DNA of 64,000 bases from an uncultured Candidatus Woesearchaeota archaeon (GCA_963717515.1 OY970338.1:916861-980860), one strand, 5' to 3'. Counted from the stretch's first letter, positions 7,979 to 17,659 are shown. Made by a program: numbers and translations. The notes: generated by a model from the sequence alone, not told the origin.

Positions 7979-9100
7979 CTAAGCCCTCTGTGCCGTGAAC
8001 CTTGAATATGCCGCATTGAGCGCTTTCTCAAGTCTTTCGGCGTCCCGGGTGCTCTTTATAAGTTCCATTGCAGCATCGTAGTATCTTTTCCTGCCGTCAT
8101 CTGATATATTCCTGCGGCCATCGACAGCTGCCCTCCCTATTGCCAAGATAAACTCTCTCAGGATGTAACCCTCGACATTCTTCTGGGTTGTGCTCTGCAC
8201 TGAAATGTCAATCGGCTCCATGCCGCAATAATATTTCGTCAGCCTACGCAAGGTCACGTCATTGATTTTCCTGTCAATCTCCCTGCACACCTCGCCATAT
8301 GTCAGGATATCATCCAAAGAATAAATCTTTTCATCACTCCTTCCAATATTGGCATATCTGACTTTGATCTCTGCAACCATATTTTCAAACTTGATGGGAT
8401 TTTTCTTTGCATAAGCTCTCATGTCCTTCCCAGGCAGCTTCCTTGCAAGAAAGAGAAAGGGCACGACCAGGTCTTTGATGATATCATTTGACCAGAATTT
8501 CTCTTGACTTACCCTGTATTCAATCCTGCGGAGAATCTCGCCCGGCGAAAGCCTGACCCCCATATTCCTGAGGTCATCACCGCCTGACTCAAATATCATC
8601 TGCCCTGATCTTCTGTCAAATATGTTGTGAGAGACCTTCAGGAATGCGTTTAGATTGTACTGGCTCTCTTCATCACCAGGATCCCAGGGCTTATCGGGAC
8701 TTGGCAGGGACTCTATCATCTTATCGACATCCAACAAATCGGATCTGCCAATCTGCCCCCTGTTTTTCAGATATGATTCAAGATATGGTTTTCCGTCCAT
8801 GAGGCCCTCAACCGTGGAAAACAGGAGATTCATGCCGTCCCCTGCTATCGCTTTCTCGATGGCATCAATCAATTCCCCGACCCCGAACCTTTTTTCTGTC
8901 CTGTACCTGACTTTTGGGTCAGGCGGACCCAGGATATATTTTATTGCTATCTTTCTGAGGGTGGATTCACTCACGCATCTGCCCATAATCTCGTGCGCTT
9001 CGGGGATGTTTACCTTCATTTCATCTGGATGGATTACGTCATCTATGGCCATTACCTGGTGGAAAATATCTGGATTTAAATATCTTAGTTTTAATACCAC
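7979..9100 (-). CDS. hypothetical protein, 373 aa, no recognisable family
   Basis: Long uninterrupted ORF with balanced composition. The motif IGRSD occurs twice (RGQIGRSDLLDVD and YANIGRSDEKIYS), which suggests an internal duplication. Confidence 0.6.
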   Translation of the reverse strand: MVLKLRYLNPDIFHQVMAIDDVIHPDEMKVNIPEAHEIMGRCVSESTLRKIAIKYILGPPDPKVRYRTEKRFGVGELIDAIEKAIAGDGMNLLFSTVEGLMDGKPYLESYLKNRGQIGRSDLLDVDKMIESLPSPDKPWDPGDEESQYNLNAFLKVSHNIFDRRSGQMIFESGGDDLRNMGVRLSPGEILRRIEYRVSQEKFWSNDIIKDLVVPFLFLARKLPGKDMRAYAKKNPIKFENMVAEIKVRYANIGRSDEKIYSLDDILTYGEVCREIDRKINDVTLRRLTKYYCGMEPIDISVQSTTQKNVEGYILREFILAIGRAAVDGRRNISDDGRKRYYDAAMELIKSTRDAERLEKALNAAYSRFTAQRA

Positions 9101-9223
9101 TACCGAAGAGCAACTTTTAAGTGGTGCCTGGTCAGAGTCTCGCAGAGAAATCCCTCATCAACACCCCGGACCAGACTCATTTCGAAACCCTTATAAAATC
9201 TCCATGCTTATTTAAGCACCAAC

Positions 9224-9508
9224 ATGAGAAACCTGATATGGTATCTAGTCGGTGGCACAAGAGGCGGGATGACAAGAGGGAGGATAATAAGCCTCCTGAA
9301 GGACAGGCCCTCCAACATGAACAGGATTGCAAAAGAGCTCAGCCTCGACTACAAGACAGTGCTCCACCATGTGAGGATACTTGAGAAGAACAACATCATT
9401 GAGGCGATAGAGAAAGGCAAATACGGCGCAGTGTATTTCCTGACTGACATAATGAAGCACCACAACAGCGATTTTCTGGAGATATGGGGCAGATTTGGGA
9501 AACAATAG
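9224..9508 (+). CDS. small wHTH transcriptional regulator (ArsR-like)
   Basis: LIWYLVGGTRGGMTRGRIISLLKDRPSNMNRIAKELSLDYKTVLHHVRILEKNNII is the wHTH pattern common in archaeal small regulators. Confidence 0.75.
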   Translation: MRNLIWYLVGGTRGGMTRGRIISLLKDRPSNMNRIAKELSLDYKTVLHHVRILEKNNIIEAIEKGKYGAVYFLTDIMKHHNSDFLEIWGRFGKQ

Positions 9509-9578
9509 GGCAGAATCCCGGAATACTCATATTAATGACCTTATCTGTACCATGATAAAATTCATGGAGGTCGAGGAT

Positions 9579-9869
9579 ATGAAAAAGATTGCATTCGGAC
9601 TTATTTTGGGATTGATGGTGATGTCCATCGGAGCACTCGCACTGCCTGTCCAGAAGACGGACGGCTTTGTATGTCCGGTGATAAAGACTGATGCAGTCCT
9701 GAATTCGCCAAAGGGAGCAGCAATCGGAGAAGGGCACTTCACCATAGGAGGGCCTGATGTCAATGTCCCGCTGCATGCCACCAATGGCGACGGGGCAGGC
9801 ACACCACCAGGACCCCACTCAGCCCCTGGTGACATCGGCTATACAGCAGTCTGGGCTAAGCAGGGTTGA
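9579..9869 (+). CDS. small secreted protein, unknown function
   Basis: An internal ATG at 9579 gives MKKIAFGLILGLMVMSIGALALP (signal peptide) plus a Gly/Pro-rich mature part. The track ORF 9495-9869 has an implausible N-terminus. Confidence 0.5.
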   Translation: MKKIAFGLILGLMVMSIGALALPVQKTDGFVCPVIKTDAVLNSPKGAAIGEGHFTIGGPDVNVPLHATNGDGAGTPPGPHSAPGDIGYTAVWAKQG

Positions 9870-9932
9870 TTTTTTTTATTTTTTCCAATTAAACCGAAAA
9901 TTTATTAAGGAAGGGATTCATAATGACTCAAA

Positions 9933-10217
9933 ATGGCAATGATAATGGTCATGACAACGATTGCTACAGCACTGTCAGCCCTGATGCTCGCCGTGCTCCT
10001 CTGGATATATGTGAAAAATTTCAGGCAGATAAAGTCAAAATTCACCGCAGGGCTGATGGTATTTGCAGGGCTCATGCTCCTTCAGAACATCGTGTCGCTG
10101 TATTATTACTTCACGATGATGGACCTGTATGTCGCCCAGGTGTCTGTACAGGTTTTGATATACAGCCTGCTCCAGATGGTTGCATACATAGTGCTGCTGT
10201 TCATAACCCTGGATTGA
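9933..10217 (+). CDS. small 3-TM membrane protein
   Basis: 94 aa with three hydrophobic helices. It lies downstream of the wHTH gene on the same strand. Confidence 0.55.
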   Translation: MAMIMVMTTIATALSALMLAVLLWIYVKNFRQIKSKFTAGLMVFAGLMLLQNIVSLYYYFTMMDLYVAQVSVQVLIYSLLQMVAYIVLLFITLD

Positions 10218-10266
10218 CAGGCAGGCAAAGTCATTTCCCATTTAGAAATTCTTGGAGGCGATTGAG

Positions 10267-11472
10267 ATGAAAAGGCTATTGATACTATTCGGTCTGCTCG
10301 CAATAGCAGGATGCGCGACCAGGATCACGGACTATTCACCGGGAAGGATGCCTGATGCAGGCGTGAAAGAAGCGATTTCACAGGCAGATGCCGGCATGAA
10401 ACCTGAACCTAAGCTTGATGTCGCGACATTCTCAGGAGGCTGTTTCTGGTGTGTCGAGTCCACGTTCGAGCATTATGACGGAGTAGATAGAGTCATCTCA
10501 GGGTATACCGGAGGTAATGAGACTGATCCGACATATGAGGATGTAGCTTCAGGGAAGACAGGGCACATGGAATCTGTCCAGGTGTTCTACGATCCGGAGA
10601 GGATATCCTACAATGACCTTCTCGAGATATACTGGAGGATGATAGACCCGACAGACCCGGGAGGCTCGTTTGCTGACAGAGGGACTCAGTACAGGTCGGC
10701 GATATTCTATTACACTGACGAACAGAAGAGGCTAGCCGAGGAATCGAAGCAGAACCTGGAAGCATCAGGCAGGTATGATAAGCCGATAGTCACTGAGATC
10801 AGGCCAGCGATGGAATTCTATCCAGCAGAGGCCTATCAGCAGGATTATTCTGACAAGCACCCTGTAAGCTATAACCTCTACAGGTTCGCCTCTGGCAGGG
10901 ACCAGTACTTCAAGCAGATCTGGGGGGCAGACAAGGACTACGTCCCTGAAGATGCTGCCGCATCCTCCGACAGCATGGACAATTCAGATAAGGAAACTAA
11001 TGATGATGAGATGAGCAGGGCCAGCCCCTGGCAGGAGTATGTCAAGCCGGGTGATGATGAGCTGCAGAAGGTCTTGACTCCCCTTCAATACATGGTCACC
11101 CAGAATGACGGGACAGAGACGCCGTTCGACAATGAGTACTGGAACAACCATGAGGATGGAATATACGTCGACATCCTGTCTGGCGAGCCCCTCTTCTCAT
11201 CAACAGACAAGTTCGAGTCAGGAACAGGCTGGCCGAGCTTCACAAAGCCGCTCGAGCCGGACGATATCGTCGAGAAGACAGACAAATCCCTGTTCATTAC
11301 GAGGACAGAGGTAAGAAGCAGGTTCAGCGATGATCACCTGGGCCATGTCTTCGATGACGGGCCAAAGCCTACAGGCCTCCGATACTGCATGAACTCTGCT
11401 GCGCTCAGGTTCATACCGAAAGATGAGATGGAAAAGGAGGGATATGGGAGATACCTGTTCCTTTTTTCATAG
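10267..11472 (+). CDS. msrAB: bifunctional methionine sulfoxide reductase MsrA-MsrB, secreted or lipoprotein form
   Basis: Signal peptide with lipobox LAIAGC. The MsrA active site is GGCFWCVE and the MsrB C-terminus is [13 protein letters not shown]. The start is taken at MKRLL (10267). Confidence 0.9.
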   Translation: MKRLLILFGLLAIAGCATRITDYSPGRMPDAGVKEAISQADAGMKPEPKLDVATFSGGCFWCVESTFEHYDGVDRVISGYTGGNETDPTYEDVASGKTGHMESVQVFYDPERISYNDLLEIYWRMIDPTDPGGSFADRGTQYRSAIFYYTDEQKRLAEESKQNLEASGRYDKPIVTEIRPAMEFYPAEAYQQDYSDKHPVSYNLYRFASGRDQYFKQIWGADKDYVPEDAAASSDSMDNSDKETNDDEMSRASPWQEYVKPGDDELQKVLTPLQYMVTQNDGTETPFDNEYWNNHEDGIYVDILSGEPLFSSTDKFESGTGWPSFTKPLEPDDIVEKTDKSLFITRTEVRSRFSDDHLGHVFDDGPKPTGLRYCMNSAALRFIPKDEMEKEGYGRYLFLFS

Positions 11473-11583
11473 GGCTTTTTGCTTTTCCCCCATTTTTTAA
11501 TATCGTTCAATCCTAATTTCTGAGCAACTTACTTAATTTATGGCTTAATATATATCATGCTAAATATTTTTGGTGCGTAATTT

Positions 11584-12162
11584 TCATGATATCTTGCTTG
11601 CAAGTTTGATAATTTCAGAGAATAAATTGCTGACCTGTCCTTTAAACGAGAAGAGGATAATAGCAACTATCAACGATACTGCTAAGCTGCCTGCAATGTC
11701 CAGGGGAAAGTGCAATCCGCAGTAAATCCTGGCAAACCCTACAGCCAATGCCATAATGGCAAAGCATAACCCCTGCCAATATCTTCTCAGAAAGAACAGT
11801 GTAAACATTACAGAGAACAGTATCAGCGCATGATCGCTGGGAAATGAGCTGTCTGGAGCATACTGTATCAGTAGGGTTCCAAGCCCAAGCATGAACGGGC
11901 GCGGGTGGAAATAAAAAAATCCGATGATCCAGCCGACAAGCAAAGACACCACTGTGGCAGAAAATATGAACAACGCCTGCATCCTGCCATCAATCCCGGC
12001 CTTACCAGCCACCTTGTCTCTGAACCATAAATATATTAGATAAAATGGCACAAGATAAACCAAATACTTTGCAAGAAAGACCATGGTACCATCCAACAAT
12101 CCGGACTTTCCAGCTAGGCCATTTATCAAACCATACAAGGCAATGTTAGGATCATATACCAT
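11584..12162 (-). CDS. PAP2-family lipid phosphatase (undecaprenyl/polyprenyl-diphosphatase-like)
   Basis: PAP2 motifs PSDHA and (R)IYCGLHFPLDI are present in a multi-TM protein. Confidence 0.8.
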   Translation of the reverse strand: MVYDPNIALYGLINGLAGKSGLLDGTMVFLAKYLVYLVPFYLIYLWFRDKVAGKAGIDGRMQALFIFSATVVSLLVGWIIGFFYFHPRPFMLGLGTLLIQYAPDSSFPSDHALILFSVMFTLFFLRRYWQGLCFAIMALAVGFARIYCGLHFPLDIAGSLAVSLIVAIILFSFKGQVSNLFSEIIKLASKIS

Positions 12163-12360
12163 AGCAAATGAGCTTGCACATCCGCTCGTTTAATAATGTT
12201 TTGGTATATTATTCAAGAATTATGCTCAACTCTTCTTGATTCTCCCTGTCCAGCAGGCAGATATTTCCCAGGGACAGCGCTTCAATGGAAGTTCATGGGG
12301 TCAATGGGCTGACCAATATCTTTAAATATTACAATGCCCCGGCATGTCCCGGGTGATAAC

Positions 12361-12933
12361 ATGACAGTAGAAGATACTATCAACAGCACGATAAAAGACG
12401 GCTTTCTTGAATTCAGGAAACAGTATGTCGCATTGATTATAGGGACTATTGTCGCAGTCCTCATGATGCTCCTCATAATAACCATCCCGCCGATGATATT
12501 CGGGATCTTCTTCATGGGCATGCAGGTGATGAAGGGCAAGAGGGTGAAGATAACCGACGTGTTCAAGGGGTTTGATTATTTCTTCCTCAGCTGGGGTATC
12601 ATCATCCTTGCTGCGATTGCGATATGCATCGGGCTTGTCCTGCTGGTGATACCGGGGATCCTGCTCATGATATTGTTGCAGTACACAATAGCAATTGCCC
12701 TGCTAGAGAACAAGGGAGTCATCGCATCCCTCAAAAGGAGCTATGAGATTGGGAAGAGGAATTTCACATTCTCGATAGTGTTCTTCATATTCATGGCTGT
12801 GATAAACACAGTGGCCGGCTATACATACGTCGGGCTGCTTGCTGCTATCCCTTTCACGTCCCTATGCACCATAGCTGCAGCAGGGAAGCTCTCAGAAAAA
12901 GAGAAATCAATAAAGAAAGAAACAAATGCCTAA
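12361..12933 (+). CDS. integral membrane protein, unknown family
   Basis: Several TM helices. GGGTGA lies upstream of the ATG at 12361. Confidence 0.6.
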   Translation: MTVEDTINSTIKDGFLEFRKQYVALIIGTIVAVLMMLLIITIPPMIFGIFFMGMQVMKGKRVKITDVFKGFDYFFLSWGIIILAAIAICIGLVLLVIPGILLMILLQYTIAIALLENKGVIASLKRSYEIGKRNFTFSIVFFIFMAVINTVAGYTYVGLLAAIPFTSLCTIAAAGKLSEKEKSIKKETNA

Positions 12934-12940
12934 GACAGGC

Positions 12941-13135
12941 TTATGCATCAAGCGAGACATTGGTCGCTTTCGGGCCCCTGTCGCCTTCGGTGACATCGAA
13001 TGTGACGGGGTCGTTTTCCCTTATTGACACGCCTTCATTCAGGCCGGAAATGTGCACAAAGTACTCTTTTCCGTCGTCTGCAGCAATAAAGCCAAAGCCC
13101 TTGCCCTCGTTAAAAAACTTCACTGTACCTTTCAT
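12941..13135 (-). CDS. csp: cold-shock domain protein (CspA family)
   Basis: MKGTVKFFNEGKGFGFIAADDGKEYFVHISGL carries the RNP1 (KGFGFI) and RNP2 (VFVH-like) motifs. Confidence 0.9.
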   Translation of the reverse strand: MKGTVKFFNEGKGFGFIAADDGKEYFVHISGLNEGVSIRENDPVTFDVTEGDRGPKATNVSLDA

Positions 13136-13356
13136 TTTGTTTTACCTCATAGCTTTTTAATCAGAATTAATAATCAATAGCAGAAAATTGTTGATTTTCT
13201 TTTTGAATGATTAATCTGTTCTGATATGCTGCCGAGAATCATTCTCAGTATTTAAATTCTTTCATTTTGAGCAGACATTATGGCCCATAATGGGAAAATA
13301 ACCCCTTATCCCTGCCTGGGAAACATTTTAATATTTCCGCCTTTCCCCTCCCATAT

Positions 13357-13656
13357 ATGAGGAAACTTGCAGCTGTTGTGATAATACTGTCAGCTTATTA
13401 TGTTTTCCAGCCAGGACAATTGAAAATATCTGACACGGGAACTGCCTATAAGTCCTCGCCGGTTCAGGTTAACAGCTGCCAGAATGCGTATGATGAATTC
13501 AGCAAGGGAATAGGTTCTGAGCTGGATTCAAGACTGGACATCGCTCTTCTGCATTACAGAAAAGCCCATGAATTATGCCCGGACTACCAGATGTTTACTG
13601 ATACCTACAACAGGCTTGAAAAAAGACTGGAGAACCGGATCTGGTTCAAGACCTGA
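13357..13656 (+). CDS. small secreted or anchored hypothetical protein
   Basis: 99-aa ORF with an N-terminal hydrophobic segment. Confidence 0.45.
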   Translation: MRKLAAVVIILSAYYVFQPGQLKISDTGTAYKSSPVQVNSCQNAYDEFSKGIGSELDSRLDIALLHYRKAHELCPDYQMFTDTYNRLEKRLENRIWFKT

Positions 13657-13692
13657 AATATCCGGGATCCATGTATGATGAGGTGATTTGGA

Positions 13693-13944
13693 ATGGAAAA
13701 ACTGAGCATAAAGGCTGCGGGTGTATCCATAGGTGGGACATGGTCGCTCTGCATGCTTCTCGCCGGGCTGTCCACAGCATACCTGGGTTGGGGGAACAGC
13801 ATCGTCGGGCTCATGTCATCATTGTACATCGGCTACAGCCCTACACTTGGAGGAAGCCTGATAGGGGCTGTCTGGTGATTCTTTGATGGTGCCCTCGGCG
13901 GTCTGTTGATTGCACTGATATATAATGCTGTGATAGGGAAATGA
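13693..13944 (+). CDS. two-helix small membrane protein interrupted by an in-frame TGA at 13876-13878
   Basis: The frame reads ...YSPTLGGSLIGAVW*FFDGALGGLLIALIYNAVIGK*. The second hydrophobic helix continues across the TGA. The extended stop overlaps the ATG of the downstream methyltransferase (ATGA at 13941-13944). Confidence 0.55.
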
Positions 13945-14498
13945 AAATGCCGCATGACAATGACAGGGTTTTCGACATACGGAGAGCTGGTAAGCTTGAA
14001 GGCAATTTCAGGAAGATAGTCCATAACCCAAAAAGGCTTCTTGGCAGTTACATAAAGCAAGGCATGACTGTCCTTGATTTCGGATGCGGTCCGGGGTTCT
14101 TCACAATCCCGATGGCAGAGATGGCCGGGGATTCAGGGAAGGTCATCGCAGCCGACCTCCAGCAGGGGATGCTGGACAGGCTAAGGGAGAAGATTGCGGG
14201 GAAAAAAATCGGGAAGAGGATCATCCTGCACAAGGTGCAGGAGGACAGCATAAATATCAGGGAGAAGTTCGACTTTGCCCTGGCATTCTACGTAGTGCAC
14301 GAGGTCCCGAGCCAGGAGAGGTTCTTCGAGGAGATGAAATCATTGCTGAAACCGGGCGGGAAGATGCTTGTCGTCGAGCCGAAATTCAAGGTCTCGAAAA
14401 AAGGATTTGATAAGACATTATCGATTGCAAAAAAAGCCGGCTACAGCCTGAAAAAAAGGCCCTCGGTACTATTGAGCAGAGCAGCAGTCCTGTGCTGA
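13941..14498 (+). CDS. class I SAM-dependent methyltransferase
   Basis: Motif I VLDFGCGPGFFT, acidic post-I residue (AADL), and LKPGGKMLVVE. Confidence 0.85.
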   Translation: MKMPHDNDRVFDIRRAGKLEGNFRKIVHNPKRLLGSYIKQGMTVLDFGCGPGFFTIPMAEMAGDSGKVIAADLQQGMLDRLREKIAGKKIGKRIILHKVQEDSINIREKFDFALAFYVVHEVPSQERFFEEMKSLLKPGGKMLVVEPKFKVSKKGFDKTLSIAKKAGYSLKKRPSVLLSRAAVLC

Positions 14499-15071
14499 CC
14501 TCATATATTTCATAAGTCCCTGATTCTCCAAATCTCTGTCAAAATTTTGCTGGGACCTGACTGCCATATCAGAAAGCAGCCATTCTGTCCTGATAACCTC
14601 GGAAAGGTCTGTCCCCATCTTGAAGCCAAACCTTGATATGTAATCAAGCCTGTACATTGAATACGTGCCGTTATCTCCAAGGATCTGCTCCATTACAATC
14701 ATGCACTTCGGCGCGTATCTGCCCTCCGCAAGCTTTAAGGAGCTATAAAGATTTATGCGCATAAATTCATAGAATATGTGAAAATCTGTAGGGGCTTTTT
14801 CGCCGGTCTCTACATATATATGCCCTCTTTTGCCATGTTTGTTAAAGGGATGCATGAATCCAAGACCATGGGGCTGCAGGATATCATAGGTCCCGATGGA
14901 TTGAACAGCATTGCCATCCAGGACACCCAGAGCAACCGTGATTTGGTTCTTTTTCAAATGTATAGTTTCCCTATATCCAGCAATTGCCAGCATTTCCTCT
15001 GAACAGTCCAATGATTTGTTCAGCCCCTTTGCAAACCTTTCCATGTCAAACAGCTGCAATTCGATGCCCAT
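14469..15071 (-). CDS. hypothetical protein, 200 aa
   Basis: Uninterrupted ORF with no recognisable motif. It is convergent with, and slightly overlaps, the methyltransferase 3' end. Confidence 0.5.
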   Translation of the reverse strand: MGIELQLFDMERFAKGLNKSLDCSEEMLAIAGYRETIHLKKNQITVALGVLDGNAVQSIGTYDILQPHGLGFMHPFNKHGKRGHIYVETGEKAPTDFHIFYEFMRINLYSSLKLAEGRYAPKCMIVMEQILGDNGTYSMYRLDYISRFGFKMGTDLSEVIRTEWLLSDMAVRSQQNFDRDLENQGLMKYMRSAQDCCSAQ

Positions 15072-15216
15072 TTTACCAGGTCATATTCAAAGTTTATAAA
15101 AAATTTTCTTATCTCTTCATCTGCAAATGGTAAAAATTCTGCCTGCATATACAGATGATACTAAATCAGGCAAAACAGCAAAATTTATAATTTCATGACC
15201 AATACCTTTTTTCATA

Positions 15217-16266
15217 ATGAGAAAGCTGATGATCCTGATTATGAGCATTCTTGCAATCTCTTCTGTTTTTGCCCTTTCGAACCCTATTACAAACAATGGC
15301 AAGACGTATTACAAGGTAAATTCTGCAGACCCGACTGAAGACACAGGGGCAGAGGTCTGCGCACAGGCAGGCATGAGCTGTGCGGGGTACACAGAGCCGA
15401 CAAGTGCTGTATGCAAGTTGTTCCACCCAAACGCTGCAGAGACTTCAGGAGGATCAGGAGACCTTGCAGGAGTGTACTGCGACGGGGCTCCGCAGTCAGG
15501 TGAATGCTCTCTTCTAACTGACTCATGCCTCACATGCCCGGCATGCACAAACACTGTCGACTGCAACACACCCATAGGAGGGCTCTACAGGGAGATGTAT
15601 GTCGAATGTGCTGCAGGCAGCTGCAAGCTCAGCATATCTGCTGCTGACCTCAATGATCTCCTCAACCAGGTGCAGGGGCTTAATGCACAGCTCCAGGCAT
15701 GCCCCCAGACCCTGCCGACAGGGACAGGGCTCGTGTTTGCAGACGGTAACACTGTCGTCGACATCGTAACCAACAGTGGAACGACAGAGACTCTTGCAGT
15801 GACTATCATGAATGGGCAGGTGACCGGAATTGCACGAGGAACGACCTCCACCTGCAAGCAGACGATAACAGTCGCTGAAAATGACGTAAACACCATACTG
15901 AAAAGCTCCAGCCCTGTACAAGCAATAGCATATATGGTAGGACAGAAGACGATAAAGGTCAGCGGCTGCACATTCATTAGCTCTATAAGGCTTGCTTTCA
16001 CCAATCCGATAACAGCGTTCATCGCAAGAAGAAAGGCCCCAACCCCTCCGCCTCCGAAACCCCAGCCTGACTGCGGCCAGGTAGGAGAGCAGTGCAACAA
16101 CAGGGCATGCTGGACAGGGATATGCGGCGCACCAAGAGAGAACATCAACGGCCAGTGGGGGTATTTCAATTACAGATGCATCGACCAGTCGGAATTCAAT
16201 GCAGATTGCGTGGGCCGCGGAAATGCCCCGCCGGCATGGAGCTGCTTAACAGGCCCCTGCAGATAG
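15217..16266 (+). CDS. secreted cysteine-rich protein
   Basis: Signal peptide MRKLMILIMSILAISSVFA. Cys-rich N- and C-terminal modules flank a Thr/Val-rich middle region, followed by a PTPPPPKPQP linker. Confidence 0.6.
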   Translation: MRKLMILIMSILAISSVFALSNPITNNGKTYYKVNSADPTEDTGAEVCAQAGMSCAGYTEPTSAVCKLFHPNAAETSGGSGDLAGVYCDGAPQSGECSLLTDSCLTCPACTNTVDCNTPIGGLYREMYVECAAGSCKLSISAADLNDLLNQVQGLNAQLQACPQTLPTGTGLVFADGNTVVDIVTNSGTTETLAVTIMNGQVTGIARGTTSTCKQTITVAENDVNTILKSSSPVQAIAYMVGQKTIKVSGCTFISSIRLAFTNPITAFIARRKAPTPPPPKPQPDCGQVGEQCNNRACWTGICGAPRENINGQWGYFNYRCIDQSEFNADCVGRGNAPPAWSCLTGPCR

Positions 16267-16351
16267 AGCATTATTTTTTTCTTTCCTAATCAATTATAAT
16301 CAATCATCAACACAATAAAATATTTAAACGATGAATGATTGCTCCTTTTCC

Positions 16352-16846
16352 ATGGATTACAAAAACATCTTCTCATCTGATTTAGAATGGAACTACAGGA
16401 CGACCGGGCTGTTCATAATCCTCATGGCCCTGCCGAACCTGCTAGGGATGATAAACATAAGCACTGCATCCGGGTTCAAGCTCCACCTGTTCCAGATAGC
16501 TATATTCTTTGCAGCCATGATATACGGGCCGGCAGGCGGGGCGTTGTCAGGGTTCTTCGGCTCAGTCTATTCAGCATTCATCATGCACAACCCTTACATA
16601 ATTATAGGCAATGTCATCCTCGGTCTCTTTGCAGGGCTCTTCGCCAGGAAGCTGAACATCATAATCGCTGTGATGCTTGCATATCTGATACAGCTGCCAT
16701 GGCTTGTGCTTTCAGACCACTATCTAGCAGGCCTGCCAGGGAGCTTCATACTGCCGCTGGTGATTGCCCTTGCAGTATCAAACCTTCTCTGGGCAACGCT
16801 TGTGCATCTCGCCAACAAACCTTTAAGGGATCTGATAAAATGCTGA
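16352..16846 (+). CDS. multi-TM membrane protein (ECF-transporter S-component-like)
   Basis: Five to six TM helices with Gly-rich helix faces. A TATA-like AAATATTTAAA lies about 27 nt upstream of the ATG at 16352 (leaderless geometry). Confidence 0.55.
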   Translation: MDYKNIFSSDLEWNYRTTGLFIILMALPNLLGMINISTASGFKLHLFQIAIFFAAMIYGPAGGALSGFFGSVYSAFIMHNPYIIIGNVILGLFAGLFARKLNIIIAVMLAYLIQLPWLVLSDHYLAGLPGSFILPLVIALAVSNLLWATLVHLANKPLRDLIKC

Positions 16847-17241
16847 AGCCTGATTTTTCCAGATATTCCCTTGCGCTATTCAGCGAGGGGCAGGTGGTCT
16901 TCTCATCTGACAAATCAGGTATCAGGCCGCTTGTCGACTGCATAAGGGAATGCAAGGACAAGTTCGGAGGCTGCCTTCTCCATGACAAGGTCACCGGCCT
17001 TGCAGCAGCAAAGCTCATCGTGTTCTCAGGGATGATATCAAATGTCATGACAGGGCTTATCTCAGCCCCGGCATTGGAACTCCTCAAGGAAGAGGGTGTA
17101 AAGGTTTTGGCTGAAAAGAAAGTCGATATGATAATGAACAGGGAGGGGACCGGCAGGTGCCCGATGGAAGAGAGGGCAGAGATAACCCTCGACAACGAAA
17201 GCTTCTTCTTTGAGCTCAACAATGTCCTCATGTATTCATGA
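16840..17241 (+). CDS. DUF1893 (TM1506-like) protein
   Basis: MLKPDFSRYSLALFSEGQVVFSSDKSGIRPL..LHDKVTGLAAAKLIV..GRCPMEE matches the DUF1893 pattern. The ATG overlaps the upstream stop. The track ORF 16387-17241 merges an out-of-frame N-terminal extension. Confidence 0.7.
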   Translation: MLKPDFSRYSLALFSEGQVVFSSDKSGIRPLVDCIRECKDKFGGCLLHDKVTGLAAAKLIVFSGMISNVMTGLISAPALELLKEEGVKVLAEKKVDMIMNREGTGRCPMEERAEITLDNESFFFELNNVLMYS

Positions 17242-17274
17242 AGATCAGATATTCCAGGTTGAGATATCCATTTC

Positions 17275-17580
17275 TTATCTCTTCTCTTCCAGCATGTCGA
17301 AGAAGATGGCCATGAATCTCTTTGTTGCGATGCCAAGCTCTTTTTTCCCTTCAGATGTTATCCGGTATTTTTTCTCCTTTCCAGAATCCTTGATCTCTTC
17401 AATGAGCCCGAATTCACCGAGGGTCTTGAGCACAGGATAGATTGTCCCAGGGCTCGGCCTTGAGCCTTTCCTTTTCTCAATCTCTGCAGCAATATCGCTT
17501 CCTGACATGTTGTTCTTGCTTATGAGCTTAAGGACTATGAAGCGCAGGTAACCCCTCATATCGCAGCATCCGGACCCCAT
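17275..17580 (-). CDS. PadR-family transcriptional regulator
   Basis: RGYLRFIVLKLISKNNMSGSDIAAEIEKRKGSRPSPGTIYPVLKTLGEFGLI is the canonical PadR wHTH. Confidence 0.85.
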   Translation of the reverse strand: MGSGCCDMRGYLRFIVLKLISKNNMSGSDIAAEIEKRKGSRPSPGTIYPVLKTLGEFGLIEEIKDSGKEKKYRITSEGKKELGIATKRFMAIFFDMLEEKR

Positions 17581-17659
17581 TTTATCATGGTATATCACCT
17601 GCATATATATTAGTTGCGTATACAAATATCATCATGGCATGCGGTATTAAAGAGCAGTT

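Noticed and set aside
13671-13710. Possible C/D-box sRNA (ATGATGA ... CTGA) upstream of the small membrane-protein gene
   Set aside because: The boxes are only about 20 nt apart, with no C'/D' boxes or terminal stem. The CTGA lies inside the ORF's first codons.
13876-13878. Selenocysteine or genome-wide UGA reassignment as the explanation for the in-frame TGA
   Set aside because: Many well-supported genes in the window terminate at TGA (uvrB, SHOCT protein, PIG-L, and others). The local context (hydrophobic helix, expected Trp/Gly) is not a redox Cys/Sec site. No SECIS-like structure was evident. The finding is retained only as a possible mutation or local read-through.
16387-17241. 284-aa track ORF spanning the membrane-protein gene and the DUF1893 gene
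   Set aside because: Its N-terminal 150 aa are an Arg/Pro/His-rich out-of-frame read of the membrane-protein gene. The DUF1893 homology starts at the internal ATG at 16840, which overlaps the upstream stop.
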